A stretch of DNA of 62,986 nt, counting the filler, from Conidiobolus incongruus B7586 (taxonomy: Eukaryota), in assembly GCA_000697335.1 (NCBI GenBank). It is 19 parts of 19 records of this genome, joined end to end, with 100 filler letters (N's around TTAATTAATTAA, not from the genome) between each part and the next. Parts side by side here need not be neighbours in the genome. Positions count along the whole stretch, not along the records: positions 23,233 to 28,330 come from JNEM01000426.1; positions 28,431 to 32,570 come from JNEM01000427.1; positions 32,671 to 36,033 come from JNEM01000428.1; positions 36,134 to 40,517 come from JNEM01000429.1; 15 more parts are not named here. One strand, 5' to 3'. Below, one piece after another: positions 26,417-39,655 of the stretch. Both the position numbers and the translations under genes were made by a program. Every line of letters starts with the position of its first letter. Positions within the stretch are counted from its first letter, which is position 1. The notes under the pieces are model-generated. The model did no database searches. It saw only the letters and a program-made list of their open reading frames with translations, and had not been told where the DNA came from.

Positions 26417-29400
26417 TTTAATAAATCTGGTTGTATGAAATAAACGATAATGGGGTTTGGGAAGGAGGAGGTTGGTTAATATATTTAATACAGCAAAGAG
26501 TGATAATAACAGTCCAAAATAATTTTCAGTTATTCTTTTTTATACTATCATGCCGATTTATTCCCTATGATTTTCACGTGTTTCAGTGTACAATGGGGTT
26601 TACCATTTAAGTAAGGTTGATTCAACCTCAATGTAAATAATTGCTAGGACGTCATCATTATAACAGATTGAAATTGGTGAAGTTGCACATGAAACTAAGA
26701 TGTCATAATTGATCATTCATTATTTTATATTGATATTACTGATTTTGAATAGACAATATTATATACGAGGATAAATTGAATCGCAACTAAGCTCCTATCA
26801 TAGTCTAAATTTCTATCAAATTTGATGTTTACTTTTAGTATATTTTATGAGTGATTATTTACATTAGCAAAATGCTGAATTAGTAAGGCATTCCGGCATA
26901 TCCGAATTTGCTGTGGAAGATTTCGGAAGAATAATTGATAACATTAAAACAATTCAATTAGAGTCAGGAGGTTCAAAAAATCCATCTTAAATTTTAGGAC
27001 TTATGACTTGTCATCATTTAGCAGGGCTACTGTTTAATTCATACAAAATGACCCTCTATTACCAAACTTAAAACCTTATCCATTCTTCTCAAGTATTGAT
27101 TATTCAGATTTAGCATTTAATTGGACAGTAAATAGGTTCAAAATGCTGGTACAACTAGAATGGATGATATAAAAGACTTGGAAAAATAATTATCGATTAT
27201 TTCATTATGGTCATTCATACACTTGTGACTTGAATGGCACTCAATTAAATTCCACTTCGAACTCATCAAACGTCAAAATAGGCATCATTAATTAAACTTT
27301 GAAAATTATTAACGAAAAAGTAAAAATCTTTAAATAATTAGTGAAATTTCAGATTTTGATTAATACGTTTGATAATCTATGATTTCATTGGAATTTTTGT
27401 AGAATAAGCCAGTCACATAGATAACAATCCACAACTGTAAACTTTAAATTATGAGTGATCTTATTTATGAAATTTCTTTTGGGAACTTCAATATATTATC
27501 ATATAAGATTGATTTTTTTGATTTTATTGTGATTTTAATACAAATTTCTGTATGGAAGTTATCACATTAATATTTATAATTACAGTATTACTATTATATA
27601 TTATATATATTGAAATGTTGTGATAATCATTGTTCCAATTTTAAGTTTAATTTTTTGATATAATAGAAGAGTATTATAATTAATAGTACTATATTTGAAC
27701 CACACATTTCAAAAGTCATAATTAATAATAAATAAATATACAAATTGATTCATATTTGTGACTGATTGGCAAGATTATATATAGTTTTATAATAAATGAA
27801 AAAATTTATATTGGAAATAAAATATGAACAAAACAAATGAATATGAGAATTTACATTAATTTCCTTCATATATAAACAATATGTTTAATTATTTTTATTT
27901 TTAATTCTATAATAGTTTGAAAAGATATTAAAAAATATTTTAATATCTAAATATGACAAATAATTAAGTTATATGGTAATAATTAAATAATAAAGAGAGA
28001 TTATTGAAAATCAAATTTATAATAAGATTTAATAATAAAATATAGCTATATTAGTATTATAATAATATTTTGAACTAATATTTTATTCACTCAATTTGAT
28101 ATTTTTTACTTAATATTTTTCAATGATAAAGTTTTAAATAATTTTAAATTTGATAACTATATAATATATAATTTAATATTTAATTATTTTATTAAATAAA
28201 GATTATATAAAAGATACACAAATAAACACTCAATTATTATTAGGTATTTAGATCATAATTTATAAATACTAGAGAAATTTGTTTTGATTTTTAGTTAATT
28301 ATGATTACTTCAAATAATATAAAAAATAGANNNNNNNNNNNNNNNNNNNNNNNNNNNNNNNNNNNNNNNNNNNNTTAATTAATTAANNNNNNNNNNNNNN
28401 NNNNNNNNNNNNNNNNNNNNNNNNNNNNNNAAAATTATTTTTATTATTAATTATATAATGAATTAAATCTAAAAAACAATTAATATAATAATATACATAA
28501 AAATAAATATATAATAGTTTATTAAGTTCCTTTAAATACCCTATTCTTTTATTGCTATTTAATTATTGAATTTTAATAATTAAAAAAAATTTTAATTTAG
28601 TTTTTAAATTAATAGATATTAATTATTATAATTAATCAATATATTTATTTTTAAATATTAATAATATATATTTTCTTCATTATTTTTGTTTTTAAATTTA
28701 AGTTAAATAAAATAATTTAATAGAATATTTAGTATATTACTAGATTTATTCTTTTTCAAAAATAATAAAATTTCATTATGATGTTTATAATAAATAAGAT
28801 TACGCCTAATATTTGATATTCTTATTTTAAGTATAAGATATTAAATAAAAATGATTTTTATACTGTTTGTAAATATTTTCAATTGGAATGATAATATATA
28901 TTGATTTATATAAAATAATGCTATTAAGTGATCAACTAAAAATGATTTAACTCTCAGTTTGGGAATTAGAATTATATAATTCAGTTGTTATTATTTTTAA
29001 TTATTAAAAAATACTAATAGTACTGGATAACGTGAATAATGAATTCAGATTCAATCCTCTGAATTGCTTAGTTAGCCATTAAAATCAAAATTCATCAATT
29101 TATTGATTTCAATTATGTAAACAAATTTGTATATAACTTCATTGAAAGAATAGTCTAGTATTTAAAATGAATAACATTAATAAGTCTCATGATATTTTCA
29201 ATCTTAAGAATAATATAAAAAAATTCTTTTTTTTGAAAATTCAATGGCGTAAAATAAGTTTGATTTAATATGTATACTAGAATAATAAAAATTTGGCAAT
29301 GAATTAATGCATTTGATATAATATTTATTTTAAATATATGATAATGACATTGAATGAATAAAATTTCACACAATATTTATAATGGTTTATTTGAAAAAAA

Positions 29401-29989
29401 AACTCATGATATTGTAAATAAAATCTAGTTCAATAATGCTTATTTATTAGAGTAATAATATTATAATTAAAATGCATTTGATTCAAAAATTCAAATATAT
29501 GATATTACTCACATACAAAATCAATTATCACCACACATTTGATTTAGGCATTTAATTTATGAAATATTTGGAATAAATTATCAATAACAGTTGAACATTT
29601 GTAAAATTAATTCAAAATTTTAAAGTGAACAGCATATACACATACGCACACATATATAACTAATATAGACTACAAATTTGAATTCAATTTTTCAATATTC
29701 ATAATGAAAAACCTTAGTTGACTAGAATTTATAATATTTCTCTTTTTTGGAATAAATTCTATATTAAAATATAAGAAATTAAAATATTAGGTGAACTATA
29801 AATATATAAATATATATTGAGATTGTATATAATATAAACTGGCTAGAATTAAAAATATACTTTTCTTAAAGTTATTTATTGTAATTGACTTTTTTTTTAA
29901 AAAAAAAGGATCCTAAAAATTACCACTAATCAAAATGAATATATAATTTGATAAAAATTATCATTGATTATTAAAATAAATTATGAAAA

Positions 29990-30425
29990 TGATGGGGAAT
30001 AATCCTGCCAATTACTCAAGAAACTCCGATTACCGCAGGATTCGAGAAGTCACATTGGAGATATCGCATCCTATGAACTAGTTGATCCTATTACTTTCTG
30101 TCTATAAGTCATTCATGTCCACAAAAATCAACAATGGAACCTAATATAAGATTATCATAAGCAAACTAATAAACACATCCTTTTATCTTCATTTTCAAAA
30201 GTATACAATCTCTAAGTTTTCTTGTAACACTCACAAAAAGTATTGAGTCGTGACAAGCGTGAGATACTTACTTTATTCAAAGAACCCGATTCATAAGAAG
30301 CCATCCTCACCTAATTTGGTGAACTCCATTAATTTCCCCTAATTTTGTGGTAACCTGACGATTACCACTGGCGATTCCCCGTTTAAGCACTAATACCTAT
30401 TTCTTCCCACGGTTACGACCCGACA
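29990..30425 (+). mobile_element. Probable solo LTR, 436 bp
   Basis: Sharply bounded non-coding GC island. TG...CA termini form an imperfect inverted repeat (TGATGGG...CCCGACA), flanked by AAAA on both sides (possible 4-bp TSD, low complexity). TATAA at ~30145 and AATAAA at 30168. Confidence 0.55.
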
Positions 30426-33400
30426 AAAAGCTATATAAATAATGTTAATTGTATTAATAATTAATATACATGATAATAATATGAAAATTCATTATTTAAA
30501 ATAATAATGATTATATTTCTATTAATACTAAATTTCAACGCGATCATCAATATATAGTATTATTTGAATACGAATATATCAATACTCTTCAACTTTTTCA
30601 ATTTGATTTTCAAAAATCAAAGTCAAATTATTACTAATTTAATAATTTTATTATTAATTATAAGCTGAATTTATATAAAAATTATTTATAGCTAAGCATT
30701 CAATTAATTTAAATTAAGGATATGATTTATTCTGAGATTTTTTTTACAAGTAATATAAAACTGTATAAAATAATAGAATATACCTTCAATTGTGATTATT
30801 ATCATAGATTGTATGTAATATCCTTATATATAATATATATCTGTTTATATTTAATTAGAACTATAATTTATCAAATTTAAATAAATAAAACCATAATTGA
30901 ATATTATAAATCTTATTGAAACACACTTTACAGTTATCTTAATGATCAACTAATAAAAGGACTAAATAATTCATGCATAGAAATTTGTATTGAACAGTGA
31001 CTACTAATTCAGTTTATATATCAAATAAATATTTTATAAAATTCAAATCAATATTTATTCATATTATTTAATTTGATTTATAATTATTAGATATTTAAAA
31101 TTTTTAAAATTTTTATTATTTTAAAATAAAGTTAATCTGAAATAGTAAAATTATTATATTTAATTTGATTTTTATATTTAAATAATATTGAATATTAATT
31201 TATAATAAAAATATTCAGTATAAGATAATATTAATCCAATTAAAAAGAATAAAATATATATTGGTAATTATATTGAAATTAATTTGAATTTTTATAATAA
31301 TATTTTTATTTTAGCTTTAATTTCCCAAATGATTAAACAAATAATTAATTTATTTGTATATCTTTAAATTATAATTAAGTGTAATATTTGAATAAAATTT
31401 TTTACAAGATTTTGGAATATTAATATAAATTATAGAATTGAATAAGATCGAAAAAGTATATTAATCTGGGTGATACTTATTTATAAAATAAAAAATTAAT
31501 TTTAAACTTATTTTCATTAGATGATTTTCATTCTGTAATTTATTAATCTTATATAAATAATGTGATATGATGTGATATTTCTTTGAAAAAATTTACTGAT
31601 TTAATATAAATAATAATTTTAATCAATTATAATAATATTATTACCTTGGATTTGAAAAAATGGAAAATTTTTTATTTTCTGACTTAATATATATTATTAG
31701 GTTTCAAAAAATATAATATATAAAAAATAAATGGGAAAATATATAGTTTTAAATTATATATATATAATTGTTTTTTAATTAAAAATTTTATTTTTAAAAA
31801 TTTATTGTCTAATTTAACTATATTTGAATTAAATAATAGATATTGAAAGTAATTTATTTTAGTATTAACCTATTTAATCATAAACTTTCTAAAATTATTT
31901 GAAATTTATAAGTAATTTTTGATAATGAAACATTATTTTAATCAAGTATTTATTAAAGGTTAAATTAATTTAAAACAGAAAAAAATGATATAAATTTATT
32001 AAAAGTTAGATTATTAATTTCAACTATTATTTTTTAATTTTTAATAAAATAAATGAATTAATTAAGTGATATTTCTTATTTCAACTAAAAAATTATCAAA
32101 ATATATTGATATTGGTTATATTAGTTTTTAATATATAATCAATTATAAATTAAAATTATTTAATTAAAAAAAATTGAAAATTAATACTTTATAGTTTAAT
32201 AAAAGGCTAAAAGAGCTAGAGAAGTTATTATTAAACAAAACTTATCAAATTATAATCAAAAATCAAAGTATTGATAATAAATCATTATAATTGATAAATT
32301 TTAAACCATTTGATACAATCTTTGATTATAATATAAATCAAAATACTAGATTATAATAAAATTAATCCTTTTTGTAAATTTTTTAAATTAATCTTTGGCT
32401 TATAAATAAATACTAATTATTATAATAGATTATAATATTATATATTATTTTTATTTAATTTTTGAAAAAAAATTAATTTATAATACACTTGATATTATTG
32501 TTTATATACTATATTATTTAATAAATATTTTAAATATAATTTTAAAAAATACTTTATTTTAAATAATAAGNNNNNNNNNNNNNNNNNNNNNNNNNNNNNN
32601 NNNNNNNNNNNNNNTTAATTAATTAANNNNNNNNNNNNNNNNNNNNNNNNNNNNNNNNNNNNNNNNNNNNTATAATTAATATATTATTTTTCTTAATATT
32701 TAATAATTGAATTTTTAATCTGATTATAAATATTATTTCTAAATTAATAAATATATTTATCATATATATTTCATAAATAATAGATATCATTCAATTTATA
32801 ATTTACTTAAAAATATAATAATAATAATAATAATGGTTTTTAATTTTTTTATATCTATTGCTTTGTCATATTATTATTAATTTTATTCTAATAAATGTAT
32901 TAAAATATATAAATATATAATAGCATAAAACATCTTTTATAATAATAAATATAGTTATTATTCTTTTCGAATGAAAATATAATAATTAGGATCATAATAT
33001 ATGAAATAATAACTTAATAAATTATAAAATAATATACCTTTAATCTTATTAAATAATTGATTAATTAAATTTTATTATATATTTTATATTAGTTTTTTAT
33101 AGTTGAGTATTTTAAATTTTTAAAAATAAACCTAATTAATTGATAACATTTAACAAACCAATAAATATATATAGCTTACCCTAATGATAAATCATTTTAA
33201 TAGCCATTCTTTTATTGATTATATGTTAAATTATTTTTTAGAAAAATTATCCCATTATATTATTCAAATTATTTGTTTAGTAATTAAATACCGTATTGAG
33301 CAATTAATGTCAAATTTTAAATTATTATTAAAAATTATTCAAAAGTATTATTAATAATTATAATAATATAACTTGTTTTGATTGAGACTTTTAGTAATTC

Positions 33401-33616
33401 AAATATAAATAAATAATTTGAAATCTATAGTTATTTTAATTAAATACAAGTTACAGTATTCACATGGATATTGCAATTATATTAAAAAATTGTGTAATAA
33501 TTAGAAAAAATCCCATAAATGTATATTAAACTAATAAATTATAAATTTAATTTTTAATAAAATATTAAAATAAGAGTAAAAATTAATAAATATTATTTAA
33601 TTAAGAATTAAAAACT

Positions 33617-34257
33617 ATGAAATCAATAATTAATAAAAATTTATCCAAACTTATTTTTATTTCCAGACCTAATCAATTTTTATTAAAACCTATTAAAAAT
33701 TTTAAACAATTACAACTTAATCAATTTCATAGTCGCAGTTTATTAAATTACCAGGTCAGGTAAGTCATTATAAATTATTAAAGACACATTTAATAATATT
33801 ATTTAGTGAGTTATCTAATTCCCAATACTATCAATCTTCCGAAAATACTATGAACAAATTGTTCGAACAGTTGGAAGAAATTTTGGAAGATGAAGATAAT
33901 TCGAATTATGACGTAGAATATCAAGTAAACTATATCACTTTTTTGTCATATATATTTAATTTTAATTCAATAATATTTAGAGTGGTGTCTTAACCCTAAA
34001 ATTGGGAAATTATGGAACTTATGTGATTAATAAGCAGCCCCCTAACCAGCAGATTTGGTTGTCTTCACCCAAAAGGTAAATTTATACTGTAACATCATTG
34101 GCATAATTGATTAATATGATTTAGTGGTCCTAAGCGATACAATTTGGATTTAGAGACTGAAACTTGGTTTTATCACAGGGACGATACGACAATGAAAAAT
34201 TTATTGGAAAATGAATTGAGTGAAATTTTTAACAAAACAATTGAATTGGATATTTAA
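33617..34257 (+). CDS. YFH1: Frataxin, 4 exons (33617-33759, 33807-33924, 33981-34075, 34125-34257), 162 aa
   Basis: Three GT-AG introns (47, 56, 49 nt) give one frame: a basic presequence, the acidic helix [13 protein letters not shown], then [42 protein letters not shown], the frataxin/CyaY signature. Absent from the ORF track. Confidence 0.95.
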
Positions 34258-34573
34258 TTAAATAAAGATATAATTCTAAAATTTAATAAACAATTTTAAA
34301 ATATAGTAAGTAGTATTATAATGTTTTAGAATTGTACTAAAAATTTAAAAATTTATTAATATATAAAATCTAATTATTAAATATTTCAATTAGTTTATAT
34401 TGTATTATCTTTATTATGAAAATACTCACAATATCAAAAACAATAAATCTTTATTAAAATTATTAAATATAATTTTATCTTAATTTTAATAATAATTGCT
34501 AGAATTTATTATTATTATTATTTATAAAGAATGAATTTCGAAATAAAATTATAATTTGATAGGTCCATTTTAA

Positions 34574-34655
34574 GACACTTTGGAGGAGTGGTTAAGGCGG
34601 CGCCTTGCTAACGCGTTTCCCTTTGGGAGACCAGATTCGAATCCTGTGGGTGTCG
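34574..34655 (+). tRNA. tRNA-Ser(GCT), degenerate, probably a pseudogene
   Basis: Acceptor stem GACACTT/GGGTGTC with discriminator G, D-loop GAGTGGTTAAGGCG, anticodon GCT at 34607-34609, long variable arm TCCCTTTGGGA, TTCGAATCC T-loop and a downstream T-run. There are mismatches in the D, anticodon and T stems. Confidence 0.8.
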
Positions 34656-36649
34656 TCATTTTGCTTTAATACACCTTTATTTTTAGTGTACTTTTTATCA
34701 TTTTATTCTCATTCCCCATCTTAATATATATATATATACATTAATTCTATAATAAATACTTAGTAAAAAATTTATTAATTTCTTATTTTAATATATGGTA
34801 GTATATTATTCAAATTATTTCAAAAAGTATTTTTTTTTGAATTTTAATTTTAATAACTATAATTCTTTTTGAATTTATTTAAATATCTTTATTCTTTTTT
34901 AGTTTCAAATTAAAAAAAATTCTGAAAAATATTTTAATTAATATTAGTTAAATTCATTAATATAAATATTAATTTCTAGTATAGGTAAACTAATTAACTA
35001 CATAATAGTATTAATTAATTTTTAAAATAATTTTGAATTAAAAACATATTTCAGTTTTTAAATTAAACAAAAATAAAAAGAAATATGTAGATAAAATTGA
35101 GCAGTTTTATGTTTTAAATTATATATATATAATACTAAAAATATATTATAATAATTTGAGAATAAATAATTGCTTAAACATAATGTGTATTGTGAATTTA
35201 TTATATAAATTTAAGGCAATTAATATTATTTTAATTTGAAATTTTATATCTATCGATGATACATATATTTTGTAATGCTGTTCACCATGTTATAGTGTCT
35301 TTAATCTCTAATTTGCTTGGAAGAATATATAATTATAAACAAATTACTTAATTATTTCTATAATTCATAGTTTTAAAATAAGTTTAGTTTGATTTAAATT
35401 TATTATAAAAAGCTAAGTGTCTATCAATTATATTAATTATTAAATATAATCTAAGTTTAAATAATTGATAAACAAAAAATATTAGGTGTTTTAATATAAT
35501 TTCATCATAGTTATTTAATAAATATTGAGTAGATATGATTTTGATCTAATTATTATTAAGATTAATATTGATATTAGTTCAAATATCCAATGATTCAAAA
35601 AAAATTTCTGATACTAAAATAAAATATTATTATAAAAATCATAATTAATTTATTATAATTTTTATATCATATCAAATGAATATATAAATTTAATTATTTT
35701 TTATATTCAGTATATATTTATATAATATAACTCTATATAGAAATTTAACAAAAGTAATTATAATCATAAATTATAATATCTTTAATTTTACCAAATTATA
35801 AAAAAAATATTAATTAAAGTATCATATTAAATAGAATATTTTATATCAATCATTTATAAAAATCTATAAGTAATAATTAATGGCAAAGAGCTTGGAAAAT
35901 ATAATATTATAAAATAATTTAATCAAATTAAAAATAAAAACTTGATATATTTAACAATTATATTATTGAAATTATTTTTAATTATTAATTAAATAAATAT
36001 ATTTAATAATTTTAAATAATATTAATAATATTANNNNNNNNNNNNNNNNNNNNNNNNNNNNNNNNNNNNNNNNNNNNTTAATTAATTAANNNNNNNNNNN
36101 NNNNNNNNNNNNNNNNNNNNNNNNNNNNNNNNNATAAAAAATTTTATTTGTAATTAGAATTTGAATTAAAATTATTTCTAATTCCATGAACTAAATTAAA
36201 TATAATATATTAAACATACAATATATATTATATAAATATAAAATATCATAGTTTCAATTAATATCTATTATTCTTATAAAGATATAATTATATAAATATC
36301 ATTTTTATATTTGAAAACAATAAAAAACCAATTAAATTAGATTTAGAAAATTTGTGTAGTATTACATTTCAAGATTATTAATTATATATTTTTTCAAAAT
36401 TGAAAAATAATTTTTGAATAAAGAGTTTCAGAGTGTTGAATTAGATTAATTAGTAATTAATATAATTAAGAGTGTGTCATTATGGCTTTGTTAATATGAG
36501 AGATTTTGATTAATGAAAAACTCGATTTTTATAAATTTCGGGATTTAGTCAAATGAAATAGTTTGATATTAGAAATAAGAAAATCGATCAAATTATATAA
36601 TGAACTGTCCAAAATAAGCTAGTAACTTAATAGGATAACTTATATATAA

Positions 36650-37768
36650 CTATTTAAGAGCTTCCGCATGAGATAATCTAGAGATAATATCTTGAACCGA
36701 TTCCAATAAATTTTCATCAATACTGAGTTTGAGGTTCGTCAAGCTGGGACAATTGATAATTAAATGTTCAATAAATGGTGCAATACAATCATCGCTAATA
36801 CGAATATCTAAATGGGTAATATTAGAAAGCATGGGGATTTTAAATTCGTTAATATCATCATCAAAATAATAACAATTTAAAATTGTCAAATACTTCAAAT
36901 TCTTGCAACGTCCCCAAAGTTTTATCAATTCTTCATTCAATAAACTACCACTAATTGATAATTGTTGAATTTGTAAATTATTGGTCAACAACTCTTGTAT
37001 TGTAGAACTTAAATAATCATTTTCAGTTTTGCATTTCACATATTCCAAATAAGGTAGATTTTGGGTAGAAATTTGGAAATTATCATAATGGTCAGATAAG
37101 TAGTCGAGTAAACGGTCGCAAGAGATATAATCAGGCTTAGCTTCGTAGCTGTGCATACGTTTCCAAAGTTTCCATGACAAAGATTTCAAACTGTTGGGGA
37201 ACCGGAATGGTTTAGAATAGTCATTGGTAATAATCAATAAATTCTTAATTTTCAATTCTTCCAACTGATTTAAATTACCAATGAGATTTTGGAACAATTG
37301 AATATCAAATATCATCGAATCAATAGCTAAAGACTTTAAATTTGTAAAGATTTGGGGAATTGGAGATATTACAGATTTCGTGGTATATTCTTTGATTGTC
37401 ATATGTCTAACGTAGTCCTTGAAGGATTGTAGTTGTTGAATGTACGCTTGAATGTGATTAGGATCTTCTTTTTCTTCATCATCTTCATAATTATCTTCCT
37501 TCTCCTCCTTCTCCTCCTTATCCATTTCAACTTGTTTCTGTGGCAATTTTGATTTATCTAAATAATATTTAGTCCAATAAAAATAATTGATTAATTCAAT
37601 CTTCCTAAATAAATAAGGTTTGAGTTTTTGACATAATTTTTGATTTAGTAAACTCAATTCGTATAATTCTGTAGTTCGCAAATGGATAAGGATTTGAGGT
37701 AGAGTCAGTATAAAATCCCAATCAAGATTTTGGGTAATTCTGGTGGTGAAGTTGGAATTAGAATTCAT
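36650..37768 (-). CDS. F-box-like/RNI-type leucine-rich-repeat protein, 372 aa, possibly C-terminally truncated
   Basis: The N-terminal WDFILTLPQILIHL..ELYELSLLNQKL..KLKPYLF is F-box-like. LxxLxI units recur (NLKSLAI, QLEELKI, SLKSLSW, NLKYLTI, NITHLDI, CPSLTNLKL). Confidence 0.8.
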   Translation of the reverse strand: MNSNSNFTTRITQNLDWDFILTLPQILIHLRTTELYELSLLNQKLCQKLKPYLFRKIELINYFYWTKYYLDKSKLPQKQVEMDKEEKEEKEDNYEDDEEKEDPNHIQAYIQQLQSFKDYVRHMTIKEYTTKSVISPIPQIFTNLKSLAIDSMIFDIQLFQNLIGNLNQLEELKIKNLLIITNDYSKPFRFPNSLKSLSWKLWKRMHSYEAKPDYISCDRLLDYLSDHYDNFQISTQNLPYLEYVKCKTENDYLSSTIQELLTNNLQIQQLSISGSLLNEELIKLWGRCKNLKYLTILNCYYFDDDINEFKIPMLSNITHLDIRISDDCIAPFIEHLIINCPSLTNLKLSIDENLLESVQDIISRLSHAEALK

Positions 37769-38451
37769 TTGAAACTAATTAATTTTAATTGAGAGAATTT
37801 CAAGACCTTTTGTTAATCAATTTATATATTTATTTAAAAACAAGAAAATTATGGGAATTTGATTTTTGAAATGTTATTTATAATTTTAATTCAGACAATC
37901 CAAATAATTATCATTATTAGGAATTTCATTTAATTATAAATATTTTGAATTAAAAATTTAATTGTAAATTTTGATTAAATTATCTATATATATGTATATA
38001 CGTATGGTTTAATGATGATTATTAATTTCAACTGAAAAATCAAAAGAACAGAAATTCAATTAAAATTAGAAATTAGTAGAATACAAAAAAGGAACTTTAT
38101 TTTTTGAGAATTAATTATATATAACTAAATTTACGAATAAAATATATTGAATTTTATGAATTATTTGAAAAAAATGATTATTCGTTTTGATTTAATATGA
38201 AATAGAGTTGGTTAGATAATTAATTAATTAATAAAAAAATCGAGATAAATTGTCATATGAATAAGAATTAATTAATACTAAAATTCAATAAAAATCCACT
38301 CAAAGATTAAAATATTAACATATGGCTTGAAACAGAGGAACTTATATTATTTAATTTTTTTATCTGGTAATAAGTATTGAATTAACTTTGATAAGTCTAT
38401 CTAGAGAAATCACTATACCAGACTTAGATTATATATTTATTCAAATTCATA

Positions 38452-39655
38452 TTACAATTTAGGATTCTTAGTATTTGGTACATAATGCAAATCCATACCA
38501 AATTCCATTAATTTGACGAAAGCCTTGGAAAAATCTTTGAAGAACTGTTCCTTGTCGTTGGCGTAGAGGTCTACGTACTCTCTCCAAGGTTGTTCCAATA
38601 GAGCCATATCTGTAGGTAACATCATTAATTCACCATCTTCATTTTCGTATTGTTCAGGACCGTCCCATTCTCGTTTTTTCCATTTTTGACGGGTAAGTTG
38701 GATGAAGCTAGAGTGATTTATAATTAATAACACATTGAATTATGATTAAGTATGAATATAAATTACAATTGATTTGAAAATCGAATGGGATTATATACCC
38801 ATTTACCGTCGTAACCACTTCTATTGGAATGACAACGTCCACTAGATAATTAATTAATCATTATATATTCAATGCAATGAAATATATGAACTTACAGCAC
38901 GTGGCAACCGATCAAAGCTACAGTATCTCTGGTATCAAACCCCATATTTTTACAGAAAACATCTTTAACGTGATCCGATCCCTGACTTGCGTCTGGTAAT
39001 CTTCCATGAGCAGGGCATCTACTCTTTTCTACATAGTCTTGACGGCCTAAATCATATTCGTTAATGTTGCTTTGAGTTAAGCAACCATGAAATATACCTC
39101 CTCTCCAAGGAATTGAAGGACCCTGCATATGTTCAATAGCAACAGTACCAGCTAATCTAAACAACCACATCAGTACCTCAAATTATGAACAGTGGATTCA
39201 AAAGTAATAATTACGTCCATAAATCGGCATATGAAATCCAATCGAATTGATCTTTAATAGGTTGTAATTTCTAAATTCCAGGGGTTATAGTGAATTCTTA
39301 AGAATTGTGGACTAAAATTACCGCCATAGCTACATCTAATCCAGCATTCGCTGGATCGTTATTTTTCAGACTGAGAGCTCCTGTGCACCCTCCCCCTGTC
39401 AAATCGTGATTGAACCATGTCCCGCAAGCGTGCCAAGCTAATTAAAGTCAATTATTGAAGTGTTTTGGAAGAATTTAGAATTTGTAAATTACCTAATCTG
39501 ACAAATATAGGACCATAACTTCCATCTAAAACATATCAACAATAATGTAAAAAATAACCCAAATCAAATTAATTACCATCATAATCAGTCTTTTCATTCA
39601 ATAACTTCACAATTTCATCTTTTACCGGTTGATATTTAGAGTCTTGAACTGACAT
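38452..39655 (-). CDS. Class I heme peroxidase (cytochrome c/ascorbate peroxidase family), 8 exons, 274 aa
   Basis: Exons 39655-39577, 39525-39493, 39437-39322, 39270-39215, 39156-39098, 39046-38896, 38841-38767 and 38707-38452 are separated by 51-59 nt GT-AG introns and form one frame. Motifs: YDDGSYGPIFVRLAWH (distal R, W, H), DPANAGL, WISYADLW, GRLPDA, GCHVLGRCH (proximal His), SGYDGKW, LMMLPTDMAL. Ends -PKL. Confidence 0.95.
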
